A DNA stretch of 63,186 bases, the filler included, from Asterionella formosa (taxonomy: Eukaryota): the NCBI GenBank assembly GCA_002256025.1. It is 15 parts of 15 records of this genome, joined end to end, with 100 filler letters (N's around TTAATTAATTAA, not from the genome) between each part and the next. Parts side by side here need not be neighbours in the genome. Positions count along the whole stretch, not along the records: positions 1 to 16,494 come from NKIB01004854.1; positions 16,595 to 17,622 come from NKIB01004855.1; positions 17,723 to 18,749 come from NKIB01004856.1; positions 18,850 to 35,331 come from NKIB01004857.1; 11 more parts are not named here. The stretch is one strand, 5' to 3'. This document shows positions 8,976-19,403 of the stretch, piece after piece. The position numbers were made by a program, and so were the translations under genes. The notes beneath the pieces are model-generated. The model made no database searches. It worked only from the letters and a program-made list of their open reading frames with translations, and had not been told where the DNA came from. The stretch's first letter is position 1. Every line of letters starts with the position of its first letter.

Positions 8976-11481
8976 ATACTGTACACCGAAAGTTGGCTTT
9001 GTTCTTATGTGAGGGACAAGGTCCCGGTAAATGAGTACCAGGTACAGGCAATTTAGCCTCAAGAAGAGTATGGTAAGATAAATTCCTCCAATGGGAAGCA
9101 AATGAAAAATGTATCATTGACTTTGAATTTGAATTGATCTGCTGGTCCTGTGGGGGTGGGGGTGCCGCATGTAGCTTCTCGAGGTGGAGTGGTTGCTGAT
9201 GAGAAATTTGCGGAATCTAACCTGCTTGGCAAATCTTATTGTGCCATCTGTCATGGTGATATGGTCATTGGCAAACTTGGCTTGCCAGATGGCAGCCAGG
9301 TATATGTACTATATTCCTTTCACTTTTCGCTGAGGCCAGGCAGAGTCTCCACATGATATTTTATCTTACCCAGAACATTGTATTCTGACTGTCCATATCA
9401 AGTCAGATAACAGGCAGGCAGGCAGGCAGGTCGAAGGAAGTGTATGCAAATTGATACCAAAGTGGCTGGTGCACCACTTTGTTCTTTAGGGGAAGGTACG
9501 CACGTACAGAGTATTCTGTAATGTTGATGACAATAAATAAGTTTTTGAATTGATAATCGAAACATGCGGCCCATCCTTGTTCTTGGATAGGATACTGGCT
9601 GGCTGGCTGATAGGCAGACGGACATGTACTGCTAGTACCTCTCTGTGCTTCCCAATTAAAATCCGCCATTGCCTTGTCCTTCTCTGGCCCGCCAGCAAAT
9701 CGTCGTCGTCACAAATACTTTCTAGAAAAATGCACTTGCCTCCAATGTTTGCTTCCATTAGGGTTAAGCTTATGGTAGGCTTGTGTAGTAAACAGCAGTC
9801 TGAACTTCCAACTTGCAAACAGTCTGAACTTCCAACTCTTGACATGATGCTTTGCTTGCCTACACCCTGCAAAATCATCATTTCCATCTGTATTCTATAA
9901 AGGAATGCATTGCTTGCATTGCTTGTCAAAAAACCGAAAGCTCTGCAATATTGGTAAGGAAATGCAGCCAGTGCTATGAGGAAAAATAGCTATCTGCAAT
10001 CTGCAATCTGCAGTCTGTAATCTACAATCTACATTACGGGCTTTGACAGGCTCGCTTCGATTTATCGCTACATGAGCATGCTGGTTTTCGACGCCAAAGC
10101 CATACCAACATGAATCGCAGTTTAGCAGCATGTAACAAGCACAATATAGCTACCTCATCTGGAAAGTGTGTGAGTCGATTTTGTGACAAAATAAACAAGT
10201 CGCTTCAACTGGAGCAACAATCACTTCTCAGGGAGTGACACCAAATCACAATTACTGAAATCCTGAAATCAAGAGCTATGCATGGCTGCTTTTGGACTGG
10301 AAGCAAATTAAACCACCAACACATCTGAAATCCCTGTGAGTGGATTTCCAGCCAAAGATAGCTAGTACCTAGTTTATGCATAGAATTTGCTTCCCAATGC
10401 CATGTGTGACCATCAGGACCTTCATAAGCATGTTAGTGCGTAGTGTGCAGTGGCCAAATTCGCAAGACAGAGCTTTCTTTTAAAGGGAAAGCTGATGGAT
10501 TGCATCGCACTGGTCCAACAATAATATAACTAGCCAATTTAACTAATTCAACTTTATTGAGTTGTTTCTAGAGCTTGAAAGCAGCTGATTCCGAAGCTTG
10601 CTTCTTGAGCAGGAACTTCGACACCACCAGTGGGGAAAATCAAGAAGGAGGACATTCCTACTATCATCAAGACCCCATTCCTTGGTACAAATGCTTTGTT
10701 ATAAATTCCATACTGGTCCGATGCGCACGCCTCTGAACAACAATCAATCTGTAGGTTGTGGTACAGTGCAGTGCCGGTGGTATTGTTGTATGGTGGTATG
10801 GTGGTATTCTTCTTTGTGTCTTGTACAGAAGGCAGGTGCAGCACCTACACCTAGCGAAGGGAAGATTGAGACTTGGGAGGAGGCATTCTTCGATTCTTGT
10901 TCCTTTTGAGTGTCAGTAAAACTGGTCCGAAAAAGTTGATTGTCAAGATAGGGCATGAGAGACTCAGGCTAGAACAAATAACGGATTCAATAAGCAATCA
11001 CAAAAGAGACTTTGACTTTGACTTTGCCACTTCGCTCTGCTCTGTTGCTTGCTTGCTTCCTTTTCATTGACCGGAAGAAGCAATACAACCAGCTGAGGGA
11101 AACCACCGAATATCAAATACAAATAAACGTAGTTTAATAACAAATAAGACAGGATCAATATCGAACGAATCTATTTTAGTTATATGAGATAGTATCGTCA
11201 TTTCCACAAAAGGTAACTCATCAACCATCAGTTGGATCGCTCACAAAACGGCAACAAGAGAAGACCGGGAACATTCGAATATACATGAATGACACCTGTA
11301 ACATCGCCCATACCACCTCTCAAATCGATACTGATATGTCGAGGAGGACCCAGCAGCTTTGATGAATCCATGTGTGCCATGTTGGTGAAATGTGGGTTTG
11401 ATGATGACATGTTGATTGTGGTGAAATCCGAGATGATTTGTTGTTGTTGTTCTCGACAGTGTGGTCCCCTTGTACCTGGTA

Positions 11482-12519
11482 CCAGTTAAAAACTGCTGTG
11501 ACCCACTAAAAAAATTTGGAACCGCTGTGACCCACTGAACAGGAGAAAAACACGGTTTGACCCTACCAAATGCAGATTTGTTAATTTTAAAACTTCGACC
11601 CCAATCCTGAGAATGTGCGGTTTAAGGCTATGCCATTAGATATAAGTTTATAGCAATTGGTTTCTCCTAAAATATTGGTTGAAAAGTGCGATCGACGAAA
11701 ATATTGCCAGAACACGGATTACCCCATGTTTTGAGGACTCACTGTTATATGATATACGCAGCTTAATACAAAAATATCGCCTTCGATTTATTTGTTGTCT
11801 GATTCCTGTTATATCCTTCTTATCCCTGTCACTTGATAGTGCCTAAATAACTTGAGCATCATAAAATGAGCGCCCTTTCACCCATACACTTGTAAGGAAA
11901 TGTGTACATACCAGTATAGAATTTTTAGCTCATAATATTCATCCAAACTATGGCAAAAAAATCGACTGTGCCTTCGGGCAAGGCGGCTCAGTCTAATAAC
12001 AGCACAAACAAAGCCAGGATGATTGAACATTGCCTATTAAACATCTCTACAAATATGGAAGTGCTGAAAGCGAACAAAAATGGAAAACTACCATATGGCG
12101 CAATTTCTCGTGCTGTGCACGATGTACAAGAACTTGTCCCATGGGTGACTACACAGAAAGTGAAATACTTTCTAAGGAAAATGATATAAATACTGGATGC
12201 GAAAATTCTTAAAAATAATTTTGCGAAAACCAAACGGGGTAATCCGTGATAATAATGGTATATAAAATTATATACAATTATAGATAAAAATTTAAGTACT
12301 GCTGTGACCCATTACCGGCAAATTTTGTCCACATAAAATGGTTCGTATCTCAGTACCAGGTACCTCGACCTTCAATGAGAATACCGACTGATCCACAACC
12401 TGCTGACTCCTTTGGTTAACAAGACCTGGAAGTTTGATTCTCGCAAGGCATGGAATAGGTTTAGTCGAACTAATCAAACGAATAGGAGAACTCAGTGGGT
12501 CACAGCAGTTCTTTACTGG
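11482..12519 (+). mobile_element. Non-autonomous Tc1/mariner-pogo-like element (MITE/deletion derivative), TA target duplication
   Basis: TA|CCAGTTAAAAACTGCTGTGACCCACT ... AGTGGGTCACAGCAGTTCTTTACTGG|TA (26-bp TIR, 2 mismatches). Subterminal GCTGTGACCCA copies at ~11524 and ~12301. Internal ORF 11950-12189 (NGKLPYGAI..PWVT) resembles a transposase N-terminus. Confidence 0.85.
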
Positions 12520-12659
12520 TACCAGGTACCAGAGTACCGTATAGCTATTGTTGTGTCTATGTATGATATACTGGTAAATGATGCGTCCTATATGTACTGA
12601 TTCTACGATGATAATAATTGTGTTTCTAGTGACTACATTCATAGTAGTCAATATGGAAT

Positions 12660-12860
12660 CCTACGTTTAGGTAACTTTGGGAAAATAAAACCCAAACGTA
12701 ATGCGTTTGGGTAACTTATTGGAATATGGGCACGGAATCCCCTAAACGTAATGCGTTTGCGTTGGGTTTTTCACTCCCGTTGTTTTTAGCATCGTTTTTT
12801 AGGGTTACCGAAACCAAAACACTGTTTGGTTTGCGTTTTGGTCCACCGTTAGCAACGGCC
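12660..12860. mobile_element. Probable single end of a PIF/Harbinger-like element with palindromic subterminal repeats
   Basis: AAACGTAATGCGTTTG repeated (one copy forms a CCCAAACG/CGTTTGGG hairpin); ends GTTAGCAACGGCC|TCA, whose reverse complement resembles the GGTCGTTCTTATC terminus at 41075. Confidence 0.35.
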
Positions 12861-12893
12861 TCATGCATGAGGAATGAATGAGTTGCATCTTTT

Positions 12894-12929
12894 ACGTAGA
12901 ATTCTACGACAAGTGGTAGAGAAACTATT
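12894..12929 (+). repeat. Direct repeat, left copy (partner 15318-15353), flanking the LRR gene
   Basis: 31/36 identity, last 21 nt (ACAAGTGGTAGAGAAACTATT) identical. Confidence 0.9.
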
Positions 12930-13047
12930 TTGGCAGCACGAGTAAAAGGAGTTTTTTCAACACAAAAAACACTTTTCACTCGAGCAAGGAAAAAGTCGCT
13001 CGTCAACACAATAGACAACTTTCATTACATTCAAGAGAACATTGACA

Positions 13048-15087
13048 ATGCTAAGAGCATTTGGTCGAAAGAAGATAGAAACAGAATTTGAGAAATATGT
13101 CAAACGGTTGAAAGCGAATGATTCCAGTTTGACTACATTTGATCTCGATAAAAATATCATTGGTGTTGATGGAGCCAAGGCCATTGCAGAGGCACTCAAG
13201 GTCAATACTGTCTTGACTACACTTTATCTCGATAGTAATTCAATTGTCGTTGATGGAGCCAAGGCCATTGCAGTGGCTCTCAAGGTCAATACTTTCTTGA
13301 CTACACTTGATCTCGGAAGTAATTCAATTGCTCTTGACGGAGCCAAGGCCATTGCAGAGGCTCTCAAGGTCAAAAGTGTCTTGACTTCACTTAATCTCAG
13401 AGACAATTCAATTGGTGTTGACGGAGCCGAGGCCATTGCAGTGGCTCTCAAGGTCAATACTGTCTTGACTTCACTTAATCTCGGAAGTAATTCAATTGGT
13501 GTTGACGGAGCCGAGGCCATTGCAGAGGCTCTCAAGTTCAATACTGTCTTGACTTCACTTAATCTCGGAAGTAATTCAATTGGTGAAGAACTAGAAAATG
13601 AAATTCAAAAACAGCTTGATGACAAGAGGAATGATCAACCATCATTCAGGGGTGATTTTCAGACAAATGCACTCGTAGAGGAAATGATTGAAAAGGATAG
13701 AACAGGTCATCATATTACTGATTATGATGGTTTGCCAAAGGTTATTACAAATCAAAAAGTCTGTTGGCCATTCATTGAATGTAAGCATAAGGGTTGGGAA
13801 CCAAATCAGTCAAGAAGAATCATGTCATATTCAAAAGTGTGGGTAGATTCAAAATGTTGCAGTGAACCAACAGACATACACAAAGAAACATTAGTTGTTC
13901 TTTCAAGTCCCAACTTCAGCCAACCCTCACATATTCTTCTTAAGGCATATCGATCTGTGATGAATTTATCAATATCAAATGATTTTGTTGATACTGACAC
14001 CTTTCTCAGGTCGATTACCATGACCAGGTATGGCATATTGCTCTGCAATAGATCAATTCCAGAAAACCCTGGCAGATCTGGTATTGAAATGTTTTTTCCA
14101 AAATGGATCTCAAGATTTTGGAACAAAGGTATTGATAATCTTTACTGGCGACATGAATCCTTCAAAATAAATTCAAGAAACGGCAGTGAACGTGAAGCTG
14201 TCCTGTACTTCAAAATTGGGGCTTTATGCTACAAGATTCCATTTTGTAAATATTTGTATGGCCATGCTCTTATATATGGTACAGGTGGCACTAAGAAGGA
14301 TATTGTAATGGGAATGGGACTTCTGCATGAAGCAGGGAATGAGCTTTGTATTGCAGAAGCCTTCTTTGAACTAGGTGTCCTTTATGAGCATGGTGTGATG
14401 GGAAAAGATGAACAATGCATAGCCAAAGACTATGTGATGGCTCAAGGCTTTTATGAAGACTCGATAAAAGCTGCCTTTGAAAATATTCATGATGAAAATA
14501 AATCCGTTTGGATTCCACCAATTGGAATAATGAATCAACTGCTTCATGTTGACAGCGTACATTTGCAAGAAGATTCAGTACATAATGATGCAGGAATGCA
14601 TTATTCTTGGATCATTCTAGGTCATTCTTTCCTGTTTGCTACTGCAGCAACCCTTGCAAGCGGCTCTCAACCTTTTCACTACTCACTTCTACTGTTTTTT
14701 ATTCCCTTACTTGGCATTCTCCTGGCATATTATTCCTATTTAGATAGCTATTTTGCATTGGGAGTAATATCAAGAAACCAAGAAGATGTCGATTTAATGG
14801 TGCAAAGAAAATTTCATGCATACACACTTATCTTGGAACAAGCACAACATCATGGCAGCAACGATGATGATTTAGTTTTTTTATCCAATGAACAAAACCG
14901 TTGTATAAAAGAAAAAGAAGATGTCATTTGCAGATTTGTGAACCATCATATGTTGGCATATTGGCAAATTTTTATCTTTTTTTTTATAGGGTGCATCTGG
15001 GCTCTACTTCTTGTGAATGAGATTTATTCACGTTACTTTGAGTGCTCTTACTGGTTTTATACATGTAAGCTTCCTCCCTATGAGTAG
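13048..15087 (+). CDS. RI-like/NLRC3-like LRR + Sel1-like repeats + C-terminal 3-TM domain protein
   Basis: Single ORF from ATG 13048. Six 28-aa LRRs (LKVNTVLTSLNLGSNSIGVDGAKAIAEA). Sel1-like YGHALIYGTGG / FELGVLYEHG. Three hydrophobic helices at the C-terminus. Confidence 0.88.
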   Translation: MLRAFGRKKIETEFEKYVKRLKANDSSLTTFDLDKNIIGVDGAKAIAEALKVNTVLTTLYLDSNSIVVDGAKAIAVALKVNTFLTTLDLGSNSIALDGAKAIAEALKVKSVLTSLNLRDNSIGVDGAEAIAVALKVNTVLTSLNLGSNSIGVDGAEAIAEALKFNTVLTSLNLGSNSIGEELENEIQKQLDDKRNDQPSFRGDFQTNALVEEMIEKDRTGHHITDYDGLPKVITNQKVCWPFIECKHKGWEPNQSRRIMSYSKVWVDSKCCSEPTDIHKETLVVLSSPNFSQPSHILLKAYRSVMNLSISNDFVDTDTFLRSITMTRYGILLCNRSIPENPGRSGIEMFFPKWISRFWNKGIDNLYWRHESFKINSRNGSEREAVLYFKIGALCYKIPFCKYLYGHALIYGTGGTKKDIVMGMGLLHEAGNELCIAEAFFELGVLYEHGVMGKDEQCIAKDYVMAQGFYEDSIKAAFENIHDENKSVWIPPIGIMNQLLHVDSVHLQEDSVHNDAGMHYSWIILGHSFLFATAATLASGSQPFHYSLLLFFIPLLGILLAYYSYLDSYFALGVISRNQEDVDLMVQRKFHAYTLILEQAQHHGSNDDDLVFLSNEQNRCIKEKEDVICRFVNHHMLAYWQIFIFFFIGCIWALLLVNEIYSRYFECSYWFYTCKLPPYE

Positions 15088-15317
15088 GACCAAGCCCTTC
15101 CAGTGCTGGGTGTGATGACCATGAAGCACATGGTACGCATAATCCTATGAAAGTCATGGAATAGTAAGGGTCAGGGTTACTTTAATAGCTACTGTTGCAA
15201 GTTTGTAGTAGTATAAGACACCAGTTTTTTAATTGAATTGCAGCAAGTGTTGTTCACTATGGATGTGTTGTCTAAAACCCTAAAACACAATGATGATGAT
15301 CTCAACCTAACCCTAAC

Positions 15318-15353
15318 ATGTACAATTCAGCAACAAGTGGTAGAGAAACTATT
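15318..15353 (+). repeat. Direct repeat, right copy, immediately after an AACCTAACCCTAAC tract
   Basis: Matches 12894-12929; preceded by C-strand telomere-like repeats at 15304-15317. Confidence 0.9.
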
Positions 15354-16443
15354 AAGGTTGTGGCCCTGCAGTTACGCATTGCCAGGTCTGTTTTTTTTCA
15401 AAATAATTTTTTGATGTACTTCAATCTACACATTACGGACAACTAATAAAGTAGACCAATTTGCATATGCTTAGATACAGTCATTCCTCGACTTGAGAGT
15501 ATGATCTAGTACCGGTATATCCAGATATGGTAAGGACATCATTTCTGGAGTGAAGTGGCAGTTATCCCTCTTGGAATCATAACTATCCAAAAGCTTTAAA
15601 AAAAATCTACAAGGGATATCTGCCACTTTTCTGCAGAAGTTAAATCCTGACATTATAGGGTACACAGCTATCTATTTCATTCTTCATGAAACCCCGTAGA
15701 TGTAGAGCAATTCTCCTACAAAAAGTCGACCTGATCGGCTTTTCAACAGTCGCCAAAATATTGGAATCAAAATTTGTGTATGCAAAATGTTCTTGTCTAC
15801 TTAGAGTCTTGCGTAGGTATGTTTCGTTGAATAATTCTCAGTCCAAAAAGATTCCAGGGTAAGTTCCGGCGTCACTACCGGTACACATATTCTGATTGGT
15901 TGAATTGAATATACTCACCTGCTCCAGATTCGCTGAAGTATCCCGGTCTTATAAAATCTCGCTCGCCAGCCACACTTGAACTATACGTATTAGGTGTACT
16001 GAAAAAGCAGTACTGGTACTACTGGTAGTTTCATCTTGTCTTCCATCATGATGAACCAAGATTATGTAATACCTAGTACTCCTAGTACCAGTAGGTCTAT
16101 GGTGGTGCAATGTGGTGCAGCGACAAAATGACGTCAGCAAGGAGTGCCTTACCGGTAGTTAAAAATTCATTACCGGTAGTAACCTATATACATGATACAA
16201 AATGCTTGCAATACTTTATTAGTACCGGTATGTCCCATTACATGTATGTACCGGGTGGCCTACGGCCGTTGGCTACTACAAAATACATATCTTATATGAA
16301 TCTGATCGTGATCCTATGTAGAAAATATCACTACGGTAGTGCAGGCCGTAGCACGGATTTTGTAAGTGGGTAGTCTGATGGTGCAATTTTGGTGTCTCTA
16401 AGTAATAGTGGTGCAATCGGTGGTGCAATTGTGGTGCAAATGA

Positions 16444-16494
16444 TAGGGTTAGGGTTAGGGTTAGGGTTAGGGTTAGGGTTAGGGTTAGGGTTAG
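16444..16494 (+). repeat. Telomere, (TTAGGG)n
   Basis: TAGGG + 7 perfect TTAGGG + TTAG running to the contig end, G-strand pointing outward; GGTGCAA-rich telomere-adjacent sequence at 16379-16440. Confidence 0.93.
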
Positions 16495-16594
16495 NNNNNN
16501 NNNNNNNNNNNNNNNNNNNNNNNNNNNNNNNNNNNNNNTTAATTAATTAANNNNNNNNNNNNNNNNNNNNNNNNNNNNNNNNNNNNNNNNNNNN
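16495..16594. other. Artificial contig linker (first of 14)
   Basis: N44-TTAATTAATTAA-N44 (stops in all six frames); others start at 17623, 18750, 35332, 36459, 37586, 38713, 39840, 40974, 42101, 43228, 44354, 60935, 62061. Confidence 0.98.
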
Positions 16595-16789
16595 TAACTA
16601 GAAGTAGTAGTATTTGTTGAATATATGAGCTTATTTGTTAATCCTTGTGTGTAACTCGTTCTCCAAGTCGACACCAAAGTATACAATGAGGGTTAGTCGA
16701 GTTCTCTCATTATTGAGTTCTTATACATATATGATATAACACTAACCCTATATACATCTGTATTGATGCGCAAGATCGCTCACCTGGTA

Positions 16790-17468
16790 CCACCTAAAAA
16801 CTGCTTTGAACCTCTATCGAAATTTGTTACCACTTTGAACCACCACACGTAGAATAGCACGTTTTGTAACGAATTTCTGAGAGTTTACAAATCTGAAACG
16901 ATCCGTCTGTAGCTGAGCATGTATCGCTTCTCTTAGTATGAACGAGCTACACTGAACATTCATTTGTGTAATCAATATTTATACGTGAAAGTGTCGATCG
17001 ACCTTTTTTGGACAAATTAGCGGTTTACCACGACCTCGGAGTATACAGGCATATGTACACATTCATGAATTTGGTAAACCTTGTTATCATATATTTATTT
17101 AGATCGCACATTGATTTGTTCAGCCCCATAGTAGAAATCATACCAGGTGAACGTAGTATTGGAAATTGATCCCGAATATCATTAAGAAGCGCTGTAATCC
17201 GTCTTCCCTGTAGAATACTGGTTAATTCTACGGTATTGAGATATTTTAATTTACCGCTTTGAACCTCTATAATGGATAAACCCATCAATAGAAACAATCA
17301 TTTCTTCCGCTGTCGATGGAACCTGACTGAATCGTTTGTCCAATCATAATCCCCCACCTCTCGTGAATGACTGGAGCATCTAAGATGATTGAAATGAATA
17401 AATCAGTGTTTAGTCGTACTAATCGATCAAGCGCAGTGAAATAGAGGTTCAAGGCAGTTTTTAGGTGG
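16790..17468. mobile_element. MITE related to 11482-12519, TA target; a second element end starts directly at 17471
   Basis: TA|CCACCTAAAAACTGCTTTGAACCTCTAT ... ATAGAGGTTCAAGGCAGTTTTTAGGTGG|TA (28-bp TIR, 1 mismatch); shares GTTTAGTCG-ACTAATC subterminal motif with ~12459; then TA|CCACTAAAAAACTG. Confidence 0.85.
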
Positions 17469-18354
17469 TACCACTAAAAAACTGTAAGCCAACGTTATTT
17501 TACTCTATCTTTCGACTAAAAATATTTATGTAATTCAACGATCAAAACTTGACGCAAGTACAAAGCTTATGTTAGACAATGCTCTCTGCTATACTATTAA
17601 GTTATCAGTTTTGATTCTGTGTNNNNNNNNNNNNNNNNNNNNNNNNNNNNNNNNNNNNNNNNNNNNTTAATTAATTAANNNNNNNNNNNNNNNNNNNNNN
17701 NNNNNNNNNNNNNNNNNNNNNNGAATCAATTGTTTTTTAAACCCTAGCCTCGAGCAAGGTTTTCAGATTTAGGAACCTCACGTAAAACAACGTTCTATGT
17801 ACCAGGGGTACTGGTACCAGGTACTGTCACTCTACCGGGTACCGGTACGTACATACATATTGCATTGATGTTGATATAGCTGCCTGTGTACCGGTTGACT
17901 ACAATGTACCGGTAAGTAAGATACCAATAAATCATTATGAAGAACAACTGCACACACCAGGATGACTGTGCAGGTGATGCTTGCTTTATTTTTATTTTTT
18001 GAATATATGAAATGCGCGCCATTTATGATACTTGGCTAGTGACAGGACGACTGCCTTATGGACATCATACAAAGTGTACACGACTATGGCACATGACTAG
18101 CTCGAGCCGAAGAAAGATTCCTTCAATTCAAACAATGATTTTCGGAATTGTGAATGCGAATCTTCGTGTAGGTCTAGATTCGTAATGACTACCGGTACAG
18201 TATTAACCAGGTAACAGGTACCTGGTAGCCGATACGTATGGACACAGACAGGATTTACGATGTTCACAGTTTATATCCGGCGAGTATGCAGCTGGACCTT
18301 CTGTCCATACTACCGGTAACTATGATACATTAAGCGTCCCTTGTCCATGGTTAG

Positions 18355-18645
18355 GTACTGGTACCTGGTACCAGTACTGTTACCAGGAGGACAGTGTGCA
18401 GTACCAGGGTACTACCGTGGTGCAGCCAAACAGCCTATCAATCATACTTCCTGGTACCTAGTGCCTGGTACCGGTAACTACGATTGTTGCTCACCAACAC
18501 CAGAGACTGGCTGAGGTAATACCGGTACCGAATATTGGTACCGGTACCAGGGTACCAGGTACCAGGTTAAGACCTGGTACCTGGTACTACCTGGTCTCAA
18601 TACCAGCACCTGTGAGTACCTGGTACCTGGTACCAGCTACCGGTA
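18355..18645. repeat. GGTACC(A/T) / TACCGGTA low-complexity array
   Basis: Dense GGTACCA/GGTACCT heptamers; similar tracts at 4875-5155, 33640-33720, 34735-35010, 60795-60860. Confidence 0.85.
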
Positions 18646-19279
18646 CATTGTTATCCGGCAGCCGTGCTTTTTGGCTGCCGCTTGTTTTCCCATGGCTGAT
18701 TTTAGCTACCGGTATGCACATGTACTGTATGTACACTGTACATCATACANNNNNNNNNNNNNNNNNNNNNNNNNNNNNNNNNNNNNNNNNNNNTTAATTA
18801 ATTAANNNNNNNNNNNNNNNNNNNNNNNNNNNNNNNNNNNNNNNNNNNNCGGAGACATGCAATGCTCAACGATGCTCAACAAGTACCAACGGTGCTTTAT
18901 TTCCAATCTGGCAGGCTATTGTAATCTCTACAATCAACAATGACTTAATTATGTGTCTACAACATCAACTACTACTTCTACGTGTGCTGAATTCTACAGT
19001 GTGAATCTTCCTCTTGCATGTGTTATTCTTTGCCAGTTCAGATCAAAGAAATATGTCGGAGCGGAAAAAATAATAAGTGAATCGGAATTGGCGACTCTTT
19101 CGTTCATTATATGGTGAAAGCAGCATAATATTGCGGCAGAGCAGCATAATTTCGCTTTTAAACTGTTGCGATGGCTAGTTGGTCAACATATATTGTCACG
19201 AACACACATAATTATTGGTGTGATCACATAATTATTCGATAAGTGAAATAAATTTTTGTTTAACCCGAATAAATTAGGG

Positions 19280-19357
19280 AAAAAGTAGCATAATATTTCA
19301 AAAAAGTAACATAATATTTTAGAAAAGTAACATAATATTTTAAAAAAGTAGCATAAA
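19280..19357. repeat. 21-bp tandem repeat, ~4 copies
   Basis: AAAAGTA(G/A)CATAATATTT repeated. Confidence 0.85.
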
Positions 19358-19403
19358 TACGTCACTTTACACATAAATTCGAAAAAGTGCCGTAAACGGC
19401 GTC

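Noticed and set aside
9150..9356. RING finger (CAICHGDM..SFH)
   Set aside because: Remaining Cys/His ligands are missing; short ORF with GTG start
15075..15160. Hammerhead or twister ribozyme in the shared 3' module
   Set aside because: GTGATGA..GAAA and CCAAGCCC are suggestive, but the CUGAUGA core and required stems are absent and not conserved in the 4004-4072 copy
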